NCBI GenBank assembly: GCA_963843285.1
Contig: CAWJJO010000017.1
Location: 65,881 to 129,880 of the forward strand
Direction: 5' to 3'
Length of the DNA: 64,000 nucleotides
Source: an uncultured bacterium
Lineage (GTDB): Bacteria > Acidobacteriota > HRBIN11 > JAKEFK01
The position numbers were made by a program, and so were the translations under genes. Shown here piece by piece: positions 48,520-59,283 of this stretch. Below the pieces are notes generated by a model. It was not told the DNA's origin, did no database searches, and saw only the letters and a list, made by a program, of their open reading frames with translations. The stretch's first letter is position 1. The number at the start of each line of letters is the position of its first letter.

Positions 48520-49695
48520 TCAAAGTGTGGACGAGAGCACCGAACAGAACCGTTTGATCTCATCTTCCGTGTTGTAATAATGCACAGATGCGCGGACTAC
48601 GCTTTTCAAATTGCGTGCTTCCATATCGAGTCTCGTATAGGCTTGCGGAGATACACTGACGTTGATCCTGCGTTGAGCTAGGATTTGCTTGATTTCCGTG
48701 GGTGCCTTCCCTTCTGCGGTAAACGTCACAATTCCACATCGCTCTGTACCGAGGTCTCTTACGGTCACTTCGTTTAACTCCCTCAATTGAGACCGAAGAA
48801 GTTCGGCCAACTTATATACACGGTCTCGAATGGCGTTGATTCCCCATTGCAATGCGTAGTCCACCGCAACACCCAGACCGATTTTTCCGGCATAGTTTGC
48901 TTCCCAATTTTCAAATCTTCGCGCGTCCGGCCGGATTTCGAAATGAGCCTTTTCGGTCCATTGAGCGGAATGCAAATCCAGGAATACCGGTTCCAACGTC
49001 TTCAAGATGTCGTTGCGAACGAACAAAAATCCTGTTCCGCGCGGACCCCTGAGATACTTACGGCCCGTCGCTGAGAGAATGTCGCAGCCAATTTCCGTAA
49101 CATCGATCGGCATCTGACCGACCGACTGGCATGCATCCAGTAAATAGAGAACTCCGGCTTCACGCGCAATTCTGCCGATCGCGGCAGCGGGGTTGACAAG
49201 ACCGCCGTTGGTGGGAACGTGTGTGATTGCAATGAGCTTTACACGTTCATCGATGGAGTGCTTGAGATCTTCAATGGAAACCTGTCCATATTCATCGTTT
49301 GGAATCACATCAATCCGCGCTCCGGTCTTTTGCGCGATCTGCAAATAAGCGATGTAGTTGCTTGCGTATTCGGCCATACCGGTAAGGATTCGGTCCCCTT
49401 TCTTGAACGAGAGCGAATAGAACGCCATATCCCAGGCGCGTGTTGCGTTTTCTACAATTGCGATTTCATCTCGCGTGCAACCAAGTAGCAGAGTGATTGC
49501 GTCGTAGGTGTGCTCCCACTTCTCTTCTGCATGCTGCGCCGCCTCGTATCCGCCGATTTCGGCTTCGAGACGAAGGTGATCGATTACAGCATCCAGAACG
49601 GATTGGGGCATCAGCGCGGCCCCCGCGTTGTTGAAATGCAACACATTGGCGCAGCCCGGTGTCTCGCGACGTGCGCGCTCTATATCGATGCTCAC
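48520..49695 (-). CDS. Class V aminotransferase-fold PLP enzyme (cysteine desulfurase / C-S lyase-like)
   Basis: GTG start. FNNAGAALMP, ITHVPTNGG and SATGRKYLRGPRGTG (PLP lysine context). Confidence 0.85.
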   Translation of the reverse strand: MSIDIERARRETPGCANVLHFNNAGAALMPQSVLDAVIDHLRLEAEIGGYEAAQHAEEKWEHTYDAITLLLGCTRDEIAIVENATRAWDMAFYSLSFKKGDRILTGMAEYASNYIAYLQIAQKTGARIDVIPNDEYGQVSIEDLKHSIDERVKLIAITHVPTNGGLVNPAAAIGRIAREAGVLYLLDACQSVGQMPIDVTEIGCDILSATGRKYLRGPRGTGFLFVRNDILKTLEPVFLDLHSAQWTEKAHFEIRPDARRFENWEANYAGKIGLGVAVDYALQWGINAIRDRVYKLAELLRSQLRELNEVTVRDLGTERCGIVTFTAEGKAPTEIKQILAQRRINVSVSPQAYTRLDMEARNLKSVVRASVHYYNTEDEIKRFCSVLSSTL

Positions 49696-49814
49696 GATTC
49701 TAGGGTATCAAAGATCCACATCCGTTTTCTTGGAAAAAATTGCTGCTTTGTACGCCCTTTGCGCCCACAACCTTCTTCACGCCCATTTGATCCAATGGGA
49801 GTAAGGAGTAGTCC

Positions 49815-52250
49815 ATGGAAAGGCTGATTCAAGACCTTCGATATTCATTCCGGATGTTCCGCAAGAGTCCGGCGTCCATACTCGCGGCGCTGTTCTCCAT
49901 GGCTCTGGCGATCGGAGCAAATACTACGGTCTTTAGCTGTATCAATGCAGCGCTTCTCACAGCGCTTCCCTACCGTAATCCGGATCGGATCGCACTCGTT
50001 TGGGGAAAGACGCTGGCTCCAGACAATTACAGTCTGCGAAATCAGGTTTCCGCCACTGATATTGCGGACATGCGCGCACAAAATACCGTGTTCGAAGAGT
50101 TATCCATATATACAGGATGGATGCCGATCCTTTCGGGCGCGGGAGAGGCCGAACGTATTTCCGCAATCCAGGTAGGCGACGGCTACTTTAAAGTCTTAGG
50201 AGGTAAGCCGATGTTGGGGCGTGTTTTCAGGCCGGAAGAACAGCAGGAAGGAAAGGACTTTGTGATTGTTCTTGGTTACGGACTCTGGCAAAAGCGTTTT
50301 GGTGGAGATCCTCATATCGTTGGAAAGAGTGTCCTTCTAAGCGGCAGGTCGTACGTAATTGTAGGTGTGATGCCTCGAGATTTTGCCCCGCTTCCCGCGA
50401 GCCTGGTTTCCCCGGTTGGAGAATTCTATCGCCCTGTCGCGGAACCATATGATGACAAGAAACGAGATGAGCATCATCTTCGGGCTATCGCGCGTTTGAA
50501 GCCAGGCGTTGCTTTAACGCGGGCGGAAGCTGAATTGGATGGCATTGCGAAGAGGCTGGAGCGGCTGCATCCCGAAACAAATACGGATGAGGGAATTCAC
50601 GTTGTTTCACTGACAGATGACATCGTAGGGGAGATTCGTCCGGTTCTGTTGATGCTCTTTGGAGCGGTTACGTTTGTTCTGTTGATTGCCTGCGCCAACA
50701 TCGGAAACCTGCTGCTGGCCCGCTCTACTGCAAGACTAAAGGAGATCGCATTGCGTTCCGCGATCGGAGCTCCAAGGGGACGTATCATTCGTCAATTACT
50801 GACCGAGAGCCTGTTGCTGTCTTTGAGCGGCGGATTGCTGGGATTCCTGATGACATTTTGGGGCAGGGATCTGGTCCAGTCATTTGCTTCTTCGGTTCTG
50901 CCTCTGCTTCAAACGATTGATATCAATTTCCGCGTATTTGTGTATGCTTTCGGCATTTCTGTATTGACGGGAATCCTCTTTGGTCTTGCTCCCGCTCTGA
51001 AGTTGTCCGGAACAGATCTTACCGGCTCACTCAAGGAAGGCAGCGGAGGCATGGATGCTTTCGCGCACAACAGTTTGCGGAAAACACTGGTTGTGAGTGA
51101 AGTGGCCGTCACATTGATGCTGTTGATGTCCGCCGGTTTGTTGATTCAAACTGTGATTCGTCTTGGAAGAGTCGATCCGGGATTCAAATCTGTGAATCTT
51201 CTAACCATGAGCATCGGATTGCCGCCAATCAAGTATCCGGATCCGCCAAACTGGATTTCATTTTACCGCCAGGCTCTGGAGAAGATTGATAAAATTCCGG
51301 GTGTCGAATCGGTTGCAAGTGTAAGTGTGCTGCCCATGAGCGACAACTTTGATGGGCGCGGCATGATGGTCGAGGATTTCCCAAAACCCCGCGGTCAGGA
51401 GATCTCGGTAGATATGTACGTGGCCTCTCCGCATTACTTGGAGACCATGCGGATTCGGGTCCTGAAAGGGCGTGCGCTGAATGTGCACGATCAGGAGAAT
51501 TCGCCTCCAGTTGTGTTGATCAATCAAACGATGGCGAACCAACTATGGCCGAATGCAAGTCCAATCGGTAAGAGGATCAAATTTCCTCGCTCCGATGGTG
51601 ATCCGCAGCCCTGGAGAACGATTGTAGGCGTCGTGCACGATGTCTCCCAGTACGGGCTCGACCGAACGCCGCCGATGCAAATGTACCTTCCCCATTCACA
51701 AGTTCCAACATCCTACAACACAATTGTTGTGAGAACGCCTGTGGCCCCCGGAGTTATGATGGCATCTGTTCGGAAAGCCATTCAGGCCGTCGATAAGGAT
51801 CAAGCAGTGTTTAACATCACCACGATGGATGAGCTTCTGTCCAAGTCGGTTTCGCTCCGCAAGTTCCTGATGTTGCTCCTTGTGTTATTTGCGGCTCTTG
51901 CGCTCAGTCTGGCAACGATCGGAATTTACAGCGTGCTGTCCTATTCAGTTACCAGGCGCACGCGCGAGATCGGAGTTCGGATGGCGTTTGGCGCGCTGCG
52001 CAAAGATGTCTTAAAGATGGTGGTTCGCCAGGGAATGGCTCTCGTCATCGTGGGAATTTTTGTCGGAACTGCCGGAAGTCTTGCGCTTTCAAGGCTGATC
52101 CGCAGGCTTCTATTTGAAGTACAGCCGTCTGATCCGCTTACGTTGATCCTGGTTTCGGTGGTGATTGCAGGAGCGGCTCTGGCCGCTTGCCTTATTCCCG
52201 CGTATCGTGCGACACGGATCGATCCGATCGCTGCGCTGCATCACGAATAG
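49815..52250 (+). CDS. ADOP-type duplicated FtsX/MacB-like ABC permease
   Basis: The N-terminus LIQDLRYSFRMFRKSPASILAALFSMALAIGANT is typical. It has two MacB-periplasmic plus FtsX 4-TM modules in 811 aa. Confidence 0.9.
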   Translation: MERLIQDLRYSFRMFRKSPASILAALFSMALAIGANTTVFSCINAALLTALPYRNPDRIALVWGKTLAPDNYSLRNQVSATDIADMRAQNTVFEELSIYTGWMPILSGAGEAERISAIQVGDGYFKVLGGKPMLGRVFRPEEQQEGKDFVIVLGYGLWQKRFGGDPHIVGKSVLLSGRSYVIVGVMPRDFAPLPASLVSPVGEFYRPVAEPYDDKKRDEHHLRAIARLKPGVALTRAEAELDGIAKRLERLHPETNTDEGIHVVSLTDDIVGEIRPVLLMLFGAVTFVLLIACANIGNLLLARSTARLKEIALRSAIGAPRGRIIRQLLTESLLLSLSGGLLGFLMTFWGRDLVQSFASSVLPLLQTIDINFRVFVYAFGISVLTGILFGLAPALKLSGTDLTGSLKEGSGGMDAFAHNSLRKTLVVSEVAVTLMLLMSAGLLIQTVIRLGRVDPGFKSVNLLTMSIGLPPIKYPDPPNWISFYRQALEKIDKIPGVESVASVSVLPMSDNFDGRGMMVEDFPKPRGQEISVDMYVASPHYLETMRIRVLKGRALNVHDQENSPPVVLINQTMANQLWPNASPIGKRIKFPRSDGDPQPWRTIVGVVHDVSQYGLDRTPPMQMYLPHSQVPTSYNTIVVRTPVAPGVMMASVRKAIQAVDKDQAVFNITTMDELLSKSVSLRKFLMLLLVLFAALALSLATIGIYSVLSYSVTRRTREIGVRMAFGALRKDVLKMVVRQGMALVIVGIFVGTAGSLALSRLIRRLLFEVQPSDPLTLILVSVVIAGAALAACLIPAYRATRIDPIAALHHE

Positions 52251-52259
52251 ACCGGTCCT

Positions 52260-55200
52260 TTACGGTTCCGAAATCTCCACCGGGACTTCGGTGTCGTTGC
52301 CGCGGATTTCGGGAACATACATGGCGTAGCCGATCACAGGCAGCCCATGAAATTTTCCCGGTACTTCCGCGCGAAGATCATAACTGATTTGCCAGATTCC
52401 TTCCGGAAGTTGTTGAACAAACAGGGCAACCTTGCGATCCCGAAGCTCCTGATAAACCGGGATCGATTCTCCTGCGCCGTCTTGTTGCGGCTCGAACTCA
52501 TCGGAATCGCGCACCGGCGATTCCAGATTCCAGCGCAACGCAGTCAGGAACGCGCCGCTTTGCAATGTGGTTGCTTCCAGACCGGCGGGTTTGAGATCTT
52601 CAAACAATAGATACTCATAGTTATTCTTTGATTCGATCGTGATCACGACCTGGAGCCGGTCTCCGCTGCGGAGCAATTCCCCGTTCTTCAAAGAATGCTT
52701 ATCGTAAACGTACCCGTGTAGCAGGCTTGGTCTTCCCGTAATTCTGTAATATTGCCGTCGTACAAAAATCTGATTGCCGGTCGCTGCAACCGGCTCTTCC
52801 AGGCTGAAAAATCCGGATTGCACGGAGTAGTAGAGCGGGTGGCCGCTACTCTTGCGCACAATATGGATTGTATTGTTTCCATCACGCACCAACTTCGGAT
52901 CGATGCGGACAACACCTGGCGCCTCTCCAGAAGTGTTATGAGGAACCGGCATTCCGTTGACGTTCAGCTCAAAATCGAAAGCCATTGCTCTCTCTTTTGG
53001 ATCTGATGAAAGCATGGACCGGATCGTTTTCGCTTCATCCGATTGCTTCAAATAGTCGTTCAGAGTAAGAATCACAACAGCGGTGTCCAGAGTGCTGCTC
53101 CATTGAGCTCCACGCCTATTCTTGATGAGCCAGTTGACAGCAGGCTCTATCAACTTGTTTCGAGAATCGATCATGAGCAGCGCCCGCAAAACAAAGGAAG
53201 TCGTGCCGACAGCGCTGTCCTGCCAGCGCGGTCGAATCGCATCCGATCCCCAGTGCGCCGTTCCGATTGATGTGTTTTGAGAAACTTGCGGAGCACGTAA
53301 AACCATGGACGTATCCGGTTTGCCGTCGATTTTTACACCATCTTCCAAATTTCTTGCAAGGACTTTTGACTTTTCCGAATCCCCCAGATAGTTTGCCGTC
53401 AACGCAAGTAAGGCACGGGAATACGAATTCATCTCACGTCTGCGTCCCCACAAAGTCCGAAAAGTTTTTTTCTGATTCTCATTCGCATCTTGTTTCGTGA
53501 TCGAAGTCACCGCGTGCAGCATCCACGCCTGCTCCTCAAACGGATTCTCTTCTGGAACGAGCTGCTGATCCAAAAACGCCGTTGCCCGGTTCAGTACAGA
53601 AGGATCGATGGCAACTCCGGCGTCTCTTGCGATTCCAAGCCCCCAGACAACGTAACCGGTCATGAATCGATCGTCCGATCCGTCCTTCCACCAGCCCCAA
53701 CCGCCGGTTGCATTCTGAAGGTTGTACAAGCGATTTAGAGACAATTTCACGATTTCCTCGAGTTGTTGAAACTCCTGTTTTCCTTCCGGGTGCGTGTTTT
53801 TGGCGTACTGTGGTTCGATCCCCTGAAACATTCGAGAAGCAAGCATCTCCGGCTCTGCTCCAAGATCGCTCAGCGTTTTCTGTACAATGATCGCGGGCAG
53901 AAAACGGCTCATGGTTTGCTCCGTGCAACCGTAGGGGTAGTGAACGAGATAAGGAACCGCATCCAGCATGGCGATGGCAAGACTCGGAGCAACCTGAATG
54001 GTCAGGCTTGTTGTCTCCGGCTTTCGCTCGCGCGGCAATAGGACGTTCACGGTTACTCCATTACCCTGTACTTTTCCTGATTTCGTAATCAGCTTTTCGA
54101 TCCCATGCTCGTAAACCGGGAGACTTCTTTCCATTGCATCGGAATATTCATCTGAGAGGGCTGAAACCCTCAGTTTGGCAGTCCCGGGTTTTGAAACGAA
54201 AGCAACCCAGTCGATTCGTTTTTCGCCGTTTGGTTCTAATTCAATAGTCGGGTCGCTCTTTTCTTGTAATGTGAACCCTTCTGCCTCCAGAGAGACTTTG
54301 GTCTGCAACCGGGAGTTGACGTTGTTGTTGACGATGGCGGAAAGGGTCACCGTATCTCCGACAACGAAAAAGCGTGGACTTTCCAACCGGACAATCAGGG
54401 GCTGATTCGTGCGGGAGCTGGAAGTTGCGATGCCGAATTGCGAAGACTGTGTCGCGGCACGGGCCGTAGCTTTCCAGGTTGTGACGGAATCGGGGAATTT
54501 CACTGTAACGCTCACTTTGCCGTTCGTGTCAGTCTTAAGATCCGGCTGCCAGAATGCGGTCGTGCGGAAGTCCGATCGTACCGTGACGAGGGAATCTGAT
54601 TGTATCCTTTGGAAGGAGTCCATATCGTACACCCAACCCCGAGGTAGCGGCGTGAGGTACTCCGTTGACGACGCTTGCGTGGTAACGGCTGCTACTTCCG
54701 CAGCGACTGCAACTTGTTCCTCGAGCGATGGACGCATTGTAATCTCAAGATGGACATCGTCATCGATTGATATTTCAATACTCTCTTGTCTGATTTCTGC
54801 AAAGCCTGCCAGACGGAAAGTGATCGTGTAGGTTGCGGGAAGCAGACCTGAAAGCCGAAACATTCCATTCGCACCGCTGTAAGTCGACCGTGAGTCCACT
54901 CCTGGAGCCTCCGCTGTGACAATGACCCCTGGTATAGCGGCGCCATTTTCATCCGTAACGACGCCTTCGAGAGTTGCGACACTGTTTCCATCGCCCTTCC
55001 TTTTTCCCGAACTGATTTTCACCTGACCTTTGGCTTTCTGCCTCTCTTGTTCAGAATAGAACCTCGCATATTTCAGCAAGGCGAACGTGCTTTGCTCCGA
55101 AACACGGTTCCCCCGTTTCGTGCCGAAATAGAATTGTCGCGGGTCGGGCGCATAATCCTCCTGGATCGTATAAACAGACTCATCGATCACCCCCAGTGCA

Positions 55201-58200
55201 ACATCGCTGGATACCGGCTTGCCCTGGAAATCCAGAGCCGTAACTGTGATCGTTCCCTGGTCTCGGGGTTTATACTCATCCCTGTCTAAGGCGACGTGTA
55301 GCTGCAACAACTGTTTTTCAGGCGGAACAAGCAGAAGCGACTGCGACCGGAAGATCTGCGAATTGCTGATCATGGAGGCATTTAGAAAAACGTTGGGAAC
55401 CTGTTTGTCCTCCACGTCAAATTCAACCAGCTTTGCCATTCCGGTCAGATGCACGAGCTCGTAGTGGTAGAGATCCTCTCCCTCCACCGTAAACAGAATG
55501 TAACGATTTGCGTCTGGAGCCATCAGGATTACGGCTGCGCGTTTGCCGGGCTCAACACGGTCTCTGTCCAGAATCATTTCCAACCCGCCATGACGATAGC
55601 CAAGCTCGGTGGTCGCCGCGCCGGCCACCCATACGAAGGTTTCAGACTGGACCGGTACGAGTTCGGTGTCTATGCTATTCAAGCTAATTCCGTAGTATCC
55701 ATCCTGTGGAGGTGTGAAGCTAAAATCGGCATGGCCTTTAGCATCTGTCTTGATTCGGGCCGATAGAATCTCCCTGCGATCATACTTGCGAATTTCTTCT
55801 TTCCATGCGTTTCGAGCAATGCGAATCGTGCCTTCCTCTGATACCGGATGATTGTTGGCGTCCAGGGTCCGAAAGCGGATTAACACTTTGTCTCCGGGAT
55901 GATATACGTTATGTTCCGGAATGGCGTAAGCGAAGTACCGCTGTCTGGTAACGTTGATGGTTTCTTCGGCAACGTTTTCGCGTCGCGAAGCATCTGTAAC
56001 ACGTGCTTCTACGCGGTACTGCAAATCATGCTGAGGATATTTCGGCGTTTGCAGTGTGTAGACTGCTTTGCCGGAGGCGTCCGTTGTCAGAATCTTTCTT
56101 ATGGTGGCCCCGCCATAGCTCGATCCATAGTTTCGATTCGGGTAGACTTCTGCGGAAAGCCACGGGTAGTCCGGTTCCGGCTGCCAGCTTGGACTGAAAA
56201 ATCCCTGATAGATCAACAATTCGACTCTGGCATTGAAAACCGGGGAGCCGAAGTAATAATCGGACTGCACGGTAATGTCGACGTTTTCGCCCGGACGGAA
56301 CGCTTTCTTCTCGCCGTTTTCTTGCGGAGCTAGAACCGCAACCTTAAATTCAGGAAGCTTGTATTCCTCCAGCCGGAAGAGGGTTGCAAAACCGATCGTT
56401 TTGCTCCTTCCCTCATTCCAGAAGGAGATGCCATACGCACCGAGAGCCATCGTGTCGGTCAGCGGAAAGGAACCCCAGGCGCTTCCAAACCCGTTAAGAG
56501 TGATTTTGTCTGTTCTTACTTTTGCTCCCCGCGGGTCGGTGATTTCATATTCAATGCTCTCATTAGAAGGAGTAGAGTAGAATGAGCCATCGTATTTTCT
56601 TGCGATCAACTTCCATTGAGCCGTTTCGCCTGGACGGTAGGCGGGACGATCTGTAAAAGCATAGATGCGCCACGATTCCGGCTCCTGGTAGTTCCGGCTG
56701 AGTTTTCCGGCGCCGAATGCCTGGCGCTCTCCCGATCCGGCGATCACAAGAAAGCCTGCGTTGTGCTGAGGATCGGTCAGATCGAAGACGCAGATTCCAT
56801 CCTTGTTCGTTTGATTTGTTTGTTCAACAATGACCGGTTGCTGCTGAACGTAATTCTGTTCCCAAATCTTTAGCCCCGCATTCGGAACGGGAGATCCATC
56901 GAGTGCATTCGAAACATAAGCAAGGGCCTTCTTGCTTGTAATCTTCAGCAGAACGGTCACATCTGTAACCATGATCAAATCCCGGGATTTCAATTTGCCA
57001 CTCGTGGCTTCCAGCATGTAGGAGCCCACAGGTAGTTTGTCTTTCAAGGCCACGGTTTCGGTGACTGGCAGATAGTCGCCTTTGTCTCCTGTTTCCCTGG
57101 ACCAGGATTGCACGGGCGTGAGCGACAAAAGATCCATGCTGCGTAGCGAAGCAGTCAATTGTTGATAAGCGGCAGGCTTTGCCTCGTTCAACAAGTCGAC
57201 TTTGTATAATGCGAAATCGATCCGGCTCAGGTTTCGCCATCGGAGATTCAGGCGGATTTCCGATTCCGGCAAAAAGATATTGGATACTCCGGCAAACAGG
57301 CTTGGTAGCGTGATTTCTTGAATGCGCGAACGCGCTTCATCGTAGTAAGGCGTTTCTCCTTTTTGAAATTCATTCGTTAATCGCTGAAACAAGGCGAGCG
57401 CTTTGGCATAATCCAGCTTACGCCCTTGCGCCGTTCCTCTTGTTCGGTCTTGTTCGTTAAATCCGGAAAGCCATAGGGCGTAACCGCGAAGTGTATCATC
57501 GTACCATTCCGTTACTTTGCCGTATTGGAGAACGTGTTCGAATTCCTCCGGGACACGCCGTACCATCTCCGGAGTTAGCTGGGGTTGCTCGGACAATTGT
57601 TTTGCTATCAGATAGTGGGCGCGCGCACAATCGTTCGCATTTTCGGTGATCGTCGGAATGTTGTCCAGGATTTCAACCGGAACCAGGTTGCTATAGTAGG
57701 TACCTTGTCTCTGCGGGGGTGTCGCAGCCTTCCATACGATTGCGATGTATCTCTGGCGAGCAAGTTCGATGTCCGGGGCGCCGGCCCACCATTCTAACGC
57801 CTGCGAGTAATAGCTCCATGCGGTAGACTGATCCGCATGGTCCGGTCTAATCCAGTAGAAGTCGCCCAGTGATTCCTGCACCTCGGCCCAAACTTGGTCC
57901 TGGTCTTTCTCTTCCATATTTTCTGTGAGCGCTTCCAACTGCTTTTCAGCCTGGTTGAAATCGGATTCTTCCGCGGTACTCGAGGCGGCATGGGAACGCC
58001 ACAGAGTATCGGCCAAACGAAAATTTACCCACCGGAGATTCTCAGATGACAATTTCATGGCATGAATTCTCGAATAAATCTCGTAGGCTCTACTATAAGA
58101 GCCTTCAGCGTAGTAGGTCTCCGCCTCAGTCTTTAGACTGTCAAAGCCCGGAGGCTCTGCCTGAGACATCAATGCGATGACTAAGATGAATCCTACTGAG

Positions 58201-58214
58201 CAAATTCTTTCCAT
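52260..58214 (-). CDS. Alpha-2-macroglobulin family protein with a thioester, an N-terminal TPR-like region and an internal CarboxypepD_reg-like domain
   Basis: The ATG at 58214 (MERICSVGFILVIALMSQA) starts a signal peptide. The thioester YPYGCTEQ is at about 53911..53934. The CarboxypepD_reg-like segment GVVTDENGAAIPGVIVTAEA...YTITFRLAGF is at about 54830..54990. There are many MG-type beta-sandwich segments. Confidence 0.9.
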   Translation of the reverse strand: MERICSVGFILVIALMSQAEPPGFDSLKTEAETYYAEGSYSRAYEIYSRIHAMKLSSENLRWVNFRLADTLWRSHAASSTAEESDFNQAEKQLEALTENMEEKDQDQVWAEVQESLGDFYWIRPDHADQSTAWSYYSQALEWWAGAPDIELARQRYIAIVWKAATPPQRQGTYYSNLVPVEILDNIPTITENANDCARAHYLIAKQLSEQPQLTPEMVRRVPEEFEHVLQYGKVTEWYDDTLRGYALWLSGFNEQDRTRGTAQGRKLDYAKALALFQRLTNEFQKGETPYYDEARSRIQEITLPSLFAGVSNIFLPESEIRLNLRWRNLSRIDFALYKVDLLNEAKPAAYQQLTASLRSMDLLSLTPVQSWSRETGDKGDYLPVTETVALKDKLPVGSYMLEATSGKLKSRDLIMVTDVTVLLKITSKKALAYVSNALDGSPVPNAGLKIWEQNYVQQQPVIVEQTNQTNKDGICVFDLTDPQHNAGFLVIAGSGERQAFGAGKLSRNYQEPESWRIYAFTDRPAYRPGETAQWKLIARKYDGSFYSTPSNESIEYEITDPRGAKVRTDKITLNGFGSAWGSFPLTDTMALGAYGISFWNEGRSKTIGFATLFRLEEYKLPEFKVAVLAPQENGEKKAFRPGENVDITVQSDYYFGSPVFNARVELLIYQGFFSPSWQPEPDYPWLSAEVYPNRNYGSSYGGATIRKILTTDASGKAVYTLQTPKYPQHDLQYRVEARVTDASRRENVAEETINVTRQRYFAYAIPEHNVYHPGDKVLIRFRTLDANNHPVSEEGTIRIARNAWKEEIRKYDRREILSARIKTDAKGHADFSFTPPQDGYYGISLNSIDTELVPVQSETFVWVAGAATTELGYRHGGLEMILDRDRVEPGKRAAVILMAPDANRYILFTVEGEDLYHYELVHLTGMAKLVEFDVEDKQVPNVFLNASMISNSQIFRSQSLLLVPPEKQLLQLHVALDRDEYKPRDQGTITVTALDFQGKPVSSDVALGVIDESVYTIQEDYAPDPRQFYFGTKRGNRVSEQSTFALLKYARFYSEQERQKAKGQVKISSGKRKGDGNSVATLEGVVTDENGAAIPGVIVTAEAPGVDSRSTYSGANGMFRLSGLLPATYTITFRLAGFAEIRQESIEISIDDDVHLEITMRPSLEEQVAVAAEVAAVTTQASSTEYLTPLPRGWVYDMDSFQRIQSDSLVTVRSDFRTTAFWQPDLKTDTNGKVSVTVKFPDSVTTWKATARAATQSSQFGIATSSSRTNQPLIVRLESPRFFVVGDTVTLSAIVNNNVNSRLQTKVSLEAEGFTLQEKSDPTIELEPNGEKRIDWVAFVSKPGTAKLRVSALSDEYSDAMERSLPVYEHGIEKLITKSGKVQGNGVTVNVLLPRERKPETTSLTIQVAPSLAIAMLDAVPYLVHYPYGCTEQTMSRFLPAIIVQKTLSDLGAEPEMLASRMFQGIEPQYAKNTHPEGKQEFQQLEEIVKLSLNRLYNLQNATGGWGWWKDGSDDRFMTGYVVWGLGIARDAGVAIDPSVLNRATAFLDQQLVPEENPFEEQAWMLHAVTSITKQDANENQKKTFRTLWGRRREMNSYSRALLALTANYLGDSEKSKVLARNLEDGVKIDGKPDTSMVLRAPQVSQNTSIGTAHWGSDAIRPRWQDSAVGTTSFVLRALLMIDSRNKLIEPAVNWLIKNRRGAQWSSTLDTAVVILTLNDYLKQSDEAKTIRSMLSSDPKERAMAFDFELNVNGMPVPHNTSGEAPGVVRIDPKLVRDGNNTIHIVRKSSGHPLYYSVQSGFFSLEEPVAATGNQIFVRRQYYRITGRPSLLHGYVYDKHSLKNGELLRSGDRLQVVITIESKNNYEYLLFEDLKPAGLEATTLQSGAFLTALRWNLESPVRDSDEFEPQQDGAGESIPVYQELRDRKVALFVQQLPEGIWQISYDLRAEVPGKFHGLPVIGYAMYVPEIRGNDTEVPVEISEP

Positions 58215-58318
58215 TCTAAAGAGTAAGACGCAGAAGTCGTGCCAAAGACTTCTCGCCGAGACGATTTTCAATGAATCCAATTAGCCGAATGATGGGACGT
58301 CTTTAAGGATGTAAGGAA

Positions 58319-59149
58319 TCAAAATTTTGGTCTGTGGATTCTTCGTAATGCTGCGGGAGTTTCTCCGGTTTGTTTCTTGAAGTTGTGGGTGAAGTGACTC
58401 TGATCGTAGAAACCGGCATCCAATGCAATTTGCATCACCGATTTGTCTGTGAAAGTCAGTTCACGAATTGCCCGTTCAACGCGAAGTTTACGAATGTACT
58501 GTCCGATTGTGAGTCCAAATTCCATCCGGAATTTTCGAGCCATATGGGCAGGGTGGATTCCAACGATCGACGCGATTTCGTTTAGTCTTAGGTTTTCATC
58601 ATATCGTTCGTTGATCAGTTCTTTTGCGCGCGACAGCCACTCCGATTGTTTGGGCTCGCTCCGGATCCTTTCCTGTTTCATCCGTTGAGATTGCGCCAGT
58701 AGCTCCAGTACAAGTCCTTCAATCGCGATCAGGGACGCAGAATCCTGAATTCGTAATTCGCTGTAGATGCGACCGGCAATCAACGAATGAAATCCACTCC
58801 GGAAATGATCGATCGTCTTCAGGAGTGGAGCCAGGGCCCCAACGAGCGCCATCAATGCTGGTTTCAGTTCCACGATTAGACAATACGCTCCGGTTCGTCC
58901 ATACCGGTCTTCATGGATCGCTCCACCCGGTTTTAGAAGCATGCTTCCAGGCTTGCATTCGTGACTCTGATCGGCAGTGGTCTCCTGGAAAGAGCCGTCC
59001 AACACGAAAACCAGATTTGGGAGCTCGTGACAGTGCTTCGGCAATGTGAGTGCTGGTGCGTGCCTGGTTTCTGTCAGCACAACTGTATCCGCCTCCACGC
59101 TTCTTACTGTAGCGCCTAGAGTAATCGGACTGAAGAAATCAACCGCCAT
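58319..59149 (-). CDS. AraC family transcriptional regulator (cupin N-domain plus double HTH)
   Basis: The C-terminal region is LNEIASIVGIHPAHMARKFR...YIRKLRVERA...DAGFYDQSHFTHNFKKQTG. Confidence 0.85.
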   Translation of the reverse strand: MAVDFFSPITLGATVRSVEADTVVLTETRHAPALTLPKHCHELPNLVFVLDGSFQETTADQSHECKPGSMLLKPGGAIHEDRYGRTGAYCLIVELKPALMALVGALAPLLKTIDHFRSGFHSLIAGRIYSELRIQDSASLIAIEGLVLELLAQSQRMKQERIRSEPKQSEWLSRAKELINERYDENLRLNEIASIVGIHPAHMARKFRMEFGLTIGQYIRKLRVERAIRELTFTDKSVMQIALDAGFYDQSHFTHNFKKQTGETPAALRRIHRPKF

Positions 59150-59283
59150 TACTCAATCATATCATTCAGATCTATCCTGTCGCCTGACCAAAAAGTTGTT
59201 CCGCCGATCAGAAAATTGAATCAGGATCGCTTAATCCGACAGCCGCAGCGAGCAGAGCCCTCAGGTCTGGCAGCGTTTCAGCG

